Under the pieces are notes generated by a model, which saw only the letters and a list, made by a program, of their open reading frames with translations, had not been told where the DNA came from and made no database searches. The position numbers were made by a program, and so were the translations under genes. Positions 49,124 to 57,675 of a DNA stretch of 64,000 nucleotides are shown piece after piece. This DNA is from an uncultured Bacillales bacterium. Lineage in GTDB: Bacteria > Bacillota_I > Bacilli_A > Acholeplasmatales > Anaeroplasmataceae. Within the stretch, counting starts at the first letter, position 1. Each line of letters begins with the position of its first letter. The stretch covers positions 643 through 64,642 of the forward strand of contig CAMOUB010000001.1 of assembly GCA_946626345.1 (NCBI GenBank), given 5' to 3'.

Positions 49124-51547
49124 ATGAAATTTGGACATTTTGATGATAAAGAATATGAATATGTAATAACAAATTATAATACTCCTCTTCCTTGGATTAA
49201 TTATTTTGGACAAGATGGATTCTTCAGCTTAATGAGTAATACATGTGGCGGATATATGTTTTATAAGGATGCTAAGCTAAGAAGAATTACAAGATTCAGA
49301 TATAATAACGTTCCAAGAGATTATGGTGGAAGATATTATTATATTAATGATAATGGTACTATATGGAATCCTGGATTTCTACCACTTAAAACTAAATTAG
49401 ACAGTTATAAGTGTAGACATGGCTTAGGCTATAGTATATTCGAAAGTGAAAAAAACAATTTAAAATGCGAACTATTATGTTTTGTTCCATTAAATGATTT
49501 ATGTGAAATTAATCAAATAACTTTAACTAATAATAGTAAAGAAACTAAAAAAGTTACACTTCATGGCGTAATTGAATGGTGCTTATGGAATGCAGTTGAT
49601 GATCAAACTAATTTCCAAAGAAACTGGAATATTGGTGAAGTTGAAATTGATGATACTACTATTTACCATAAAACAGAATATAGAGAAAGACGTAATCATT
49701 ATGCTTTCTATCACACTAATATTAAGCATGATGGATTTGATTCTGATTTAGACACATTTATGGGTTTATATAATTCTTGGTGTGATCCTAATGCAGTATT
49801 AAATAAAACATCTTATAATTCTGTTGCTTCTGGTTGGGCACCAATTGCTTCACATATGTTTAATCTAGAAATTAAACCAGGTGAATCAAAAACAATTATT
49901 TTCCAAACAGGTTATGTTGAAAATCCTGAAGACAAAAAATTTGAGCGTCTTCATGTAATTAATAAAGAAAAAGCATATGAATTACAAAATAAATATGCTA
50001 CTAAAGAACAAGTATTAAAAGCATTTAATGAATTAAAAAATAAATGGGTAACTCTATTATCTACATTAAATGTTAAATCTGATAATGAAAAATTCGACCG
50101 TATGGTTAATATTTGGAACCAATATCAATGTATGGTTACATTTAATATGTCAAGATCTGCTTCATATTATGAATCAGGTACAGGTCGTGGTATGGGATTT
50201 AGAGATAGCTGCCAAGATTTATTAGGCTTCTTACATTTAATTCCTGAAAAATCTAGAGAACGTATTAAAGATATTGCATCAATTCAATTTGAAGATGGTT
50301 CTACTTATCACCAATATCAACCACTTACAAAACGTGGTAATGCAGATATCGGTGGAGGATTTAATGATGATCCACTTTGGTTAATTGCTGCAGTAAGCCA
50401 ATATATAAAAGAAACTGGCGATTATACAATATTAAATGACCCTACACCATTCAATAATAAGGAAGGATCAGAAAAGCCATTAATTGACCATTTAAGAGCT
50501 TCTCTAAATTATATTATTACACATAAGGGTCCACATGGCTTACCTCTAATTGGTAGAGCTGACTGGAATGACTGCTTAAATTTAAACTGCTTCTCTAAGA
50601 CTCCAGGTGAATCTTTCCAAACTGCATCTAATTTTGAATCAGGAAAAGCTGAATCAGTATTTATCGCAGGTATGTTTGTACTATATGGAAAAGAATTCGC
50701 TACTATCTTAAAACATATTGGTAATAACGATGAAGCTAATAAAATATTAGCTGAGGTTAAATCAGTTGAAGATGCAACTGTAAAATATGGTTGGGATGGA
50801 GAATGGTTCGTTAGAGCTTATGATGCATTTAGTAATAAAGTTGGAAGCCATGAATGCGAAGATGGTAAAATCTTCGTTGAACCACAAGGCTTCTGTACTA
50901 TGGCAAGAATCGGTGAGGATTTAGGCTATGGTAAAAAGGCTCTAGATTCAGTTGAAAAGATTTTAACTAATGATTATGGTGTTGAAATATTACATCCATG
51001 CTATAAAGAATATCACATCGAGCTTGGTGAAGTTTCCTCATATCCTATGGGATATAAAGAAAATGGTTCAGTATTCTGTCATAATAATCCATGGATTGTT
51101 ATAGCAAATACAGTAATTGGTAATAATGAAAGAGCATTCGATGTATATAGAAGAAATTGTCCTGCATATTTAGAGGAGGTATCAGAAATCCATAAAACTG
51201 AGCCTTATATCTATTCACAAACAATTGCAGGTAGAGATGCTAAAAACTATGGTGAGGCTAAAAATAGCTGGTTAACAGGTACTGCATCATGGACAATGTA
51301 TGCTGCAAGCCAAGCAATCCTTGGTATTAAGCCAGATTATGATGGATTAATGATTGATCCACACCTACCAAAAGAAATTAAACATGCCAAAGTAACAAGA
51401 ATATATAGAGGAATCAAATATAATATAACTATTGATAACACTTCTTCAGGTAAGTATCTGATGACTATTGATAATAAGGCCGTTGATGGAAAAATAATTC
51501 CATTCAATAAGGAACTTCCTGAAGTTAATGTTAAAATAACACTCTAA
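49124..51547 (+). CDS. cbp: Cellobiose phosphorylase (GH94)
   Basis: MKFGHFDD, PWINY, RYNNVP, WNAVDDQTNFQRN, GRGMGFRDSCQD, ADWNDCLNL, KENG, WLTGTA; closely resembles clostridial cellobiose phosphorylases. Confidence 0.9.
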   Translation: MKFGHFDDKEYEYVITNYNTPLPWINYFGQDGFFSLMSNTCGGYMFYKDAKLRRITRFRYNNVPRDYGGRYYYINDNGTIWNPGFLPLKTKLDSYKCRHGLGYSIFESEKNNLKCELLCFVPLNDLCEINQITLTNNSKETKKVTLHGVIEWCLWNAVDDQTNFQRNWNIGEVEIDDTTIYHKTEYRERRNHYAFYHTNIKHDGFDSDLDTFMGLYNSWCDPNAVLNKTSYNSVASGWAPIASHMFNLEIKPGESKTIIFQTGYVENPEDKKFERLHVINKEKAYELQNKYATKEQVLKAFNELKNKWVTLLSTLNVKSDNEKFDRMVNIWNQYQCMVTFNMSRSASYYESGTGRGMGFRDSCQDLLGFLHLIPEKSRERIKDIASIQFEDGSTYHQYQPLTKRGNADIGGGFNDDPLWLIAAVSQYIKETGDYTILNDPTPFNNKEGSEKPLIDHLRASLNYIITHKGPHGLPLIGRADWNDCLNLNCFSKTPGESFQTASNFESGKAESVFIAGMFVLYGKEFATILKHIGNNDEANKILAEVKSVEDATVKYGWDGEWFVRAYDAFSNKVGSHECEDGKIFVEPQGFCTMARIGEDLGYGKKALDSVEKILTNDYGVEILHPCYKEYHIELGEVSSYPMGYKENGSVFCHNNPWIVIANTVIGNNERAFDVYRRNCPAYLEEVSEIHKTEPYIYSQTIAGRDAKNYGEAKNSWLTGTASWTMYAASQAILGIKPDYDGLMIDPHLPKEIKHAKVTRIYRGIKYNITIDNTSSGKYLMTIDNKAVDGKIIPFNKELPEVNVKITL

Positions 51548-51564
51548 TTTTTCCTTCTCTTGGG

Positions 51565-51637
51565 TAAGCCGGTAATTAATTTTACCGGCTTATTGCTTTA
51601 TATAAACAACAAAAAGGCACTGTTTGCACAGTGCCTT
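51565..51637. terminator. Two back-to-back hairpins between convergent transcription units
   Basis: taagccggtaa/ttaccggctta (51565-51592) and aaggcactgt/acagtgcctt (51614-51637, U-tract on the minus strand). Confidence 0.8.
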
Positions 51638-51647
51638 AAATCATTAT

Positions 51648-53543
51648 TTATTCTTCATTCTTCTTATATTTAACTAATGTTAATATATTTTCATTATTAG
51701 CATATTCATATGTTACTTTGTCCATAATTTTCTTAACCATGAATATTCCAAGTCCACCGATTTCTCTATCTTCAGATGATGCATTAATATTTGGATCTTC
51801 CTTTTCAAGTGGATTAAATGGTACACCACGATCTTTAAATACAAATGTAATATGATCTCTAAACTTAGATAGAGTTATTACAACTGTACCAGTTCCTTCA
51901 TATGCATATTTTGCAACATTAACAAATACTTCTTCTAATGCTGTATTAATCATTATTATATCTCTATTAGAGAAATCTAACAATTTTAATAATGATGATG
52001 AATAATCAAATAAATTATCTAATTCTTTAACATCTGCAGGGAATGTTCTACTTTCTGATACCAAATTTTCATTATTATAATTAAACATTAATATTGTAAT
52101 ATCATCAAATTGCTTTGCATTTTCTGCATATAAATCTATATCTGTTCTTAAGCTATTAACAAATAATTTAGGTGATAAATCTCTATTTTTCTTAGCAAAT
52201 GCTAATAATCTTGCTTCACCATATAATTCATTATGGCTATTATGAGCTTCTGTTACACCATCTGTATATAATAATATTTTATCTTTATTATTTAATACAA
52301 TTCTATTTTCAGTATACTTAGATTCAGTAAATGCACCTAATACTACACCTGGCTTATCATTAGAATAAAATTCATTTCCATCACTAAATATAATGATTTT
52401 ATTGTGTCCTGCATTAGTAAATCTAATCTCACCTGTAGCTAAATCAATAATACCTAACCAGCAAGTAACAAATATATTTGCATCATTATTAGAACATAAA
52501 GCTTGATTTGCTCTTTTCATAATTGTTGCTGTATCTGATTTTAATGTTAATGTTAATGATTTAATTAATGTTTCTGTTTTCATCATAAATAATGCTGCAG
52601 GAACACCCTTACCAGATACATCTGCCATAACCAATGCTAAATGAGTTTCATCAATATAAAAATAATCAAAGAAATCTCCACCTACTTCTTTAGCAGGATC
52701 CATAAGACCAAATATATTATTTTTATTATCATCTTCTAATTCTTTAGGTAATACACTATATTGGATATCTGTTGCGACCTTTAATTCAGAATCTTGTCTA
52801 TGCTTTTCTTCAAGTAGACCAGCTTCTTTTGATAATAATCTTAAAGATCTTCTAGATACTCCATATGCAATATTAGAAATTATTAATAAAATAAGTACTC
52901 TTGGTAAATAATAATATGTAAATACTTTAGCATATCTATTATCACCTTTTACATCTCTTAGATAATCTAACCAAGCCCTTCTATCTTCAAATGTCGAGGA
53001 GTCTGAATTAAATTGTCTAATTATTGTTTTACCATCATAATCATATACTGTAATATCTTCAGCACCATTTAATAAATTGGAATCCCATTCACCTAAAAAC
53101 ATACCTGCATATATTGCAATAAACATTAATAGTGCAACTAAAATGAATGTACATAATGATAATTTAGGATCATAGTAATGGTTTACTAAGACAATACATG
53201 TTGTCCACATTAATATACCATGCTTAGGAATTATTATATTAAGGGCAAATACACCAATTATAAACTGAATAATTAAAAAGTATTTAAATGCTGGTTTTTC
53301 AATTATTTTAGTTTTTGTATAAAAATATGTTGAACCAAATGCGACAATTAAAATAGGGAATAAAACTGATACCAATAAAAATGTATGATTAGAAACCTTA
53401 AAAACTCTTACTAAATACAAGATCCAAACAAGAATTACTACAAGCGCAGAAAAAATACACCCTTTTGCTAATTCTTTATTAGCATCTACTTCGTTTTTGT
53501 GATATATTTTTCTATTAATTTCAAGATTCTTTTTATTATTCAT
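51648..53543 (-). CDS. Membrane sensor - SpoIIE/RsbU PP2C phosphatase - RsbW-type HATPase kinase fusion
   Basis: About 6 TMs; EVGGDFFD, ADVSGKG, NAGH, YTDGVTEA, DDIT (PP2C); EEVFVNVAKYAY, DRGVPFNP, GGLGIFMV (HATPase_c_2). Confidence 0.93.
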   Translation of the reverse strand: MNNKKNLEINRKIYHKNEVDANKELAKGCIFSALVVILVWILYLVRVFKVSNHTFLLVSVLFPILIVAFGSTYFYTKTKIIEKPAFKYFLIIQFIIGVFALNIIIPKHGILMWTTCIVLVNHYYDPKLSLCTFILVALLMFIAIYAGMFLGEWDSNLLNGAEDITVYDYDGKTIIRQFNSDSSTFEDRRAWLDYLRDVKGDNRYAKVFTYYYLPRVLILLIISNIAYGVSRRSLRLLSKEAGLLEEKHRQDSELKVATDIQYSVLPKELEDDNKNNIFGLMDPAKEVGGDFFDYFYIDETHLALVMADVSGKGVPAALFMMKTETLIKSLTLTLKSDTATIMKRANQALCSNNDANIFVTCWLGIIDLATGEIRFTNAGHNKIIIFSDGNEFYSNDKPGVVLGAFTESKYTENRIVLNNKDKILLYTDGVTEAHNSHNELYGEARLLAFAKKNRDLSPKLFVNSLRTDIDLYAENAKQFDDITILMFNYNNENLVSESRTFPADVKELDNLFDYSSSLLKLLDFSNRDIIMINTALEEVFVNVAKYAYEGTGTVVITLSKFRDHITFVFKDRGVPFNPLEKEDPNINASSEDREIGGLGIFMVKKIMDKVTYEYANNENILTLVKYKKNEE

Positions 53544-54133
53544 TATTCTATACCATCAAATACCTTTGAAACTAAATTTCTAAATTCTTTATATGCATTT
53601 GTATCTTGTAATTCATCGAAGCATTTTGTTAATTCGACATATCTCCATTTATGTTCTTTAGGGTTCTTTTCATTAAATCTTAGCCATAGCTTTTCACCTA
53701 ATATTTTGTGATCAGTATATATAGCTCTCATATTAGATAATTTATCTCCTAAGGCAACAATTTTAGAATCAATTGAAGCCTTTTTAAGCTTTTCCATTGT
53801 TTTTTCTCTTATTTCATGCCAGCTTAAATCTTCATAATTATCTATCGCATTATTTGATTCACTTAAAACTATATCTGCAATTCTTTTACCAAATTCATTA
53901 TATATATCATCATATGTAACATCTGTATCCTCAATTAAATCATGTAGTGCTGCCGCAGCTATTAGCTCTTGATCATCTGTTATAGTTGCAACAATCCCCA
54001 TTGCCTCAAGAGGATGTAAAATATATGGAATATTTTTTCCTTTTCTTCTTGTGTTTTTATGATGTGTAACTGCATAAATTATAGCTTTATCTACTAGTGA
54101 TGTGTCTAAATCTCTATTCTTCACTTTCATCAC
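53543..54133 (-). CDS. Small alarmone hydrolase (Mesh1/SpoT-type HD domain)
   Basis: H...RKG..IPYILHP, LHDLIEDT, DKLSNMR. Confidence 0.88.
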   Translation of the reverse strand: MMKVKNRDLDTSLVDKAIIYAVTHHKNTRRKGKNIPYILHPLEAMGIVATITDDQELIAAAALHDLIEDTDVTYDDIYNEFGKRIADIVLSESNNAIDNYEDLSWHEIREKTMEKLKKASIDSKIVALGDKLSNMRAIYTDHKILGEKLWLRFNEKNPKEHKWRYVELTKCFDELQDTNAYKEFRNLVSKVFDGIE

Positions 54134-55211
54134 CAGCCTTGATTAAGCCCATACTTCTACCTATCTTAGTTAGCTTAGCCGCTGTTTTTTCATTCTGTGA
54201 ACGAGGTCCATAAATAGAATCTAATAATAATTTAACAATCTTTTCGCCCATGTCCTTAGATAATATATAAACTACACATAATGCTAAAGGACCTGTCGCA
54301 CTAGTTATAATATCTAAATCCTTATCACTAAATTGACGAACTGAAAATTCGTAAGCTAAATCTGAATATTCTTTAACAAAATCATCTAATTGCTTTAATG
54401 ATTGGAAGCCAAATGATTTAAATACCTTTAAGAAATTCATTAAAGAAACTTCTTCTATTTCCATATTATTAATAGTGGCTATACGTTTATTTAATACAGT
54501 AAATCCGGCATTATCTAAATATTCTTTATATGAATCACCATTAAGTTCAATTTCTTCGAATTTACCATTTTTGATAACTTGTCTTACTCTTCTTCTATAA
54601 TCCTCTATAGAATTTCTTATTTGACAGAATGATTCATCAGCAAGCTCTAATAGTCCGGCTAATCTATTTAAAGATCTTAGATATTCCTTTGGTATTTCTA
54701 CGTCTGTCTTATAACCTGTATCATGCTGTACGGCAGCCCAGGCATGCTGTAGGATACTTCTTAATTGTATTTCAAATCTTATTTCATTAATATCTGGGTT
54801 ATTAGGATCATAATATAAGCTTTTTGGTATTCTACAAATATAATGCAATGACATATATCCAAATTGATCTATATTATGCATTTTTCTTTTATCGATTGTA
54901 TTATCCCAATCTACATCAAAGAATTTTTCAATCTTTGCGGCATATTTATCTACTTCATCATTATAAAAAGTAACTACTCTAGAGCCAACAATATCTGTAA
55001 TATCATAAATAGATTGATACTTGTATCCCTTTAATTCTAGCTTACCAGCTAATGATTTTTCAGTTTTAATACGTGCTTCAACACTATTTACAATTGTTCC
55101 TGATTCTTTTACATATCCTTGTAATTGGTTAATAACAATTTCTTTAATTATTTCATATGTTTTTAATTTTTCTTTATATTGTTCTAATATCATTTCTGAA
55201 TGAAGATCCAT
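54114..55211 (-). CDS. Small alarmone synthetase (RelA_SpoT domain) with a C-terminal extension
   Basis: ARIKTEKSLAGK, DITDIVGSR, GYMSLH, EIQLRS, QHAWAAVQHDTGYK; about 160 extra C-terminal aa. Confidence 0.9.
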   Translation of the reverse strand: MDLHSEMILEQYKEKLKTYEIIKEIVINQLQGYVKESGTIVNSVEARIKTEKSLAGKLELKGYKYQSIYDITDIVGSRVVTFYNDEVDKYAAKIEKFFDVDWDNTIDKRKMHNIDQFGYMSLHYICRIPKSLYYDPNNPDINEIRFEIQLRSILQHAWAAVQHDTGYKTDVEIPKEYLRSLNRLAGLLELADESFCQIRNSIEDYRRRVRQVIKNGKFEEIELNGDSYKEYLDNAGFTVLNKRIATINNMEIEEVSLMNFLKVFKSFGFQSLKQLDDFVKEYSDLAYEFSVRQFSDKDLDIITSATGPLALCVVYILSKDMGEKIVKLLLDSIYGPRSQNEKTAAKLTKIGRSMGLIKAGDESEE

Positions 55212-55215
55212 ATAA

Positions 55216-55518
55216 TCACTCCTTAATATTTAAGAATGTTGAAAATCCAGTCATATCAAAAACTTCTAAAACCTCATCCTTAGGATTTAAAATATTTAAA
55301 GCTCCACCTTTACCTGATAATAATTTATGAAATTTAAGTACAACTCTTAAACCAGCAGATGAAATATAATCTAAATTTTTTAAATCAAAATTCATTTCCT
55401 TTACTTTTTCAACATCTTCTTCTAATGCTTGATCTAATTCTGGTGCTGTATTAGTATCTAATCTACCAATAATAGCAACATTTAATACATTTTCGTTTAA
55501 TTCCTTTTTGATGTCCAT
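55216..55518 (-). CDS. STAS-domain anti-anti-sigma factor (RsbV/SpoIIAA-like)
   Basis: GRLDTNTA, LDYISSAGLR (phospho-Ser motif), VFDMTGF. Confidence 0.93.
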   Translation of the reverse strand: MDIKKELNENVLNVAIIGRLDTNTAPELDQALEEDVEKVKEMNFDLKNLDYISSAGLRVVLKFHKLLSGKGGALNILNPKDEVLEVFDMTGFSTFLNIKE

Positions 55519-55560
55519 AATAATCCCCTATCTATTAAAATAAGCATTTTAATTGATAAA

Positions 55561-55589
55561 ATTTTACCATATTTTCATTATTTTTTCAA
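55561..55589 (-). promoter_or_regulatory. Sigma70/SigA-type promoter of the STAS-SAS-SAH-PP2C operon
   Basis: TTGAAA-17 nt-TAAAAT with an extended TG; just downstream of the ATPase terminator aaaggagatga/tcatctccttt (55600-55623). Confidence 0.7.
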
Positions 55590-55629
55590 TATAACGAAAA
55601 AAGGAGATGATGTCATCTCCTTTAATTAA

Positions 55630-57528
55630 TTATTTAGAATTATCGATTTTTTGTAATCTTCTAGGCTCTTGACCAACTAATATGATACTCATATCTTCAT
55701 CAGTTATTAAAGATTCATTTAAATCTAAATTAACTGTAACACTATCTCCTACATTGTATCCTTTATCTACAACGAAGAATTTATTAGTGTTGTAATCTAC
55801 ATATGCATATTTAAAGTCACCATAGTCTTTTATCTCTAAAACCTTAGCCTTAAAGTGAAGTGGTCCTTCATTATCTGTATTAAATAATACTGATAAATTA
55901 GTCTTTAATAGCTTCTTTCCTTTTGTATTAAACATCTTTTGAGCAATATCAAATGGTACATCAAATAAATCTTCATTACTCTTAAATAATAATTTATCTT
56001 TTGATGGCAATTCTGCAACAACAGGTAATTTAGCTAATAAATTAATTCTATGAACTACATAATCAGCTCCTGTTAATTTCATTGCAGCAACATTAATATC
56101 AAAATTAATATCACCATCTAATACTTTTTCTTTTGGTGTTTTTAAGAATACAATAGATTTACCTGCTTTAATCCAATATAGATTTTCGTTATCTACAGGA
56201 TCTACCTTAACAATCTTACCACTAAATTTACCACCAAGCTCTACTGCAGCTGTAGGTACATTTACTGATACATTACCATCTTTTACTTCGCTTGCTACTG
56301 CAGGAGGTAATTTAACTTCTGTACCATAAATTGATAAGATACCATCTTTAATTGTTGCCTCACTTGAGAATACATCAGGAATACGTTGAATAACTGATTC
56401 TTCAGTTTCAATATCAAATAAATGAATTCTTGTTAAATCAACAGCAACTTTAATAATATCTCCAACTTTTACATCAAAATTAGATAACATCTTAATTCTA
56501 ACTTCTGTTGAATTATCAGTAATACTCTTTTCATTTTCAACATCTAGATTTGCATAAACAATTGTTTCAGAACCTAATGCTTCAACTACTGTTGCTTTAG
56601 CTTCTAATACATCTAGATTTTTATTATCCATCTTCTCATCATATAAGAAGATATTTTCAGGTCTAATACCTATACATACTTTCTTACCATTTTCAATTAC
56701 TTGATCTTTAATCTTTGGTAAGAAATCAGGTAATAATCTAATCTTTGCAAATCCCATATCTAATGAAATATTTTCACCATCTACAACATATGTTGCATCA
56801 TAGAAATTCATTTGAGGAGTTCCTATAAATCCTGCAACGAATTTATTTGCTGGATAGTTATAAATATTTTTAGGTGTATCAATTTGTTGAACAAATCCAC
56901 TCTTCATAACAACGATTCTTGTACCCATTGTCATGGCCTCAACCTGGTCATGTGTTACATAAATAAATGTTGTTTGTAATCTTTGGTGTAATTTTGTAAT
57001 TTCACTTCTCATTGATGCACGTAGCTTTGCATCTAGATTAGATAATGGTTCATCTAATAAGAATACCTTAGGGTTTCTTACAATAGCACGTCCTAAGGCA
57101 ACTCTTTGACGTTGTCCTCCTGATAATGCTTTAGGCTTTCTATCTAGATATTCAGTAATATTTAAGCTCTCTGCAGCTTCTCTTACTCTTCTATCTATTT
57201 CATCCTTTGGAACCTTAGATATTTTTAAACTGTATGCAATATTATCATATACAGTCATATGTGGATATAGAGCATAGCTTTGGAAAACCATCGCAATATC
57301 TCTATCCTTAGGTGCGTAATTATTTACAACGACATCACCTATTTTTAATTCACCTGCAGTGATTTCTTCTAATCCTGCAATCATACGAAGTGTAGTTGAT
57401 TTACCACATCCTGATGGACCTACAAAGACAATAAACTCCTTGTCGGCAATATCCATAGAAAAATCGTTTACTGCCTTAAATCCATTATCATAAACTTTGT
57501 AAATGTGTTTCAAACTCAAACTTGCCAT
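55630..57528 (-). CDS. Sugar ABC ATPase (MsmX/MalK family) with an unusually long C-terminus
   Basis: [29 protein letters not shown]; about 630 aa against about 370 typical. Confidence 0.92.
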   Translation of the reverse strand: MASLSLKHIYKVYDNGFKAVNDFSMDIADKEFIVFVGPSGCGKSTTLRMIAGLEEITAGELKIGDVVVNNYAPKDRDIAMVFQSYALYPHMTVYDNIAYSLKISKVPKDEIDRRVREAAESLNITEYLDRKPKALSGGQRQRVALGRAIVRNPKVFLLDEPLSNLDAKLRASMRSEITKLHQRLQTTFIYVTHDQVEAMTMGTRIVVMKSGFVQQIDTPKNIYNYPANKFVAGFIGTPQMNFYDATYVVDGENISLDMGFAKIRLLPDFLPKIKDQVIENGKKVCIGIRPENIFLYDEKMDNKNLDVLEAKATVVEALGSETIVYANLDVENEKSITDNSTEVRIKMLSNFDVKVGDIIKVAVDLTRIHLFDIETEESVIQRIPDVFSSEATIKDGILSIYGTEVKLPPAVASEVKDGNVSVNVPTAAVELGGKFSGKIVKVDPVDNENLYWIKAGKSIVFLKTPKEKVLDGDINFDINVAAMKLTGADYVVHRINLLAKLPVVAELPSKDKLLFKSNEDLFDVPFDIAQKMFNTKGKKLLKTNLSVLFNTDNEGPLHFKAKVLEIKDYGDFKYAYVDYNTNKFFVVDKGYNVGDSVTVNLDLNESLITDEDMSIILVGQEPRRLQKIDNSK

Positions 57529-57590
57529 AATCATCCTCCAAGTTAAAATTTGCCTCTATCAAGATTATTCTATCATTAAAAAATAATTTT

Positions 57591-57621
57591 GTAAACGATT
57601 TCCTTAAACGTTTTCGAAAAA
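57591..57621. promoter_or_regulatory. LacI operator identical to the one upstream of cbp
   Basis: cttaaacgttttcgaaaaa 57603-57621 = 49086-49104; weaker gtaaacgattt at 57591. Confidence 0.8.
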
Positions 57622-57675
57622 ATTTAATTTTAAAAGAAAAAGATGGATTCAAAATTCATCTTAAATCCATCTTAT

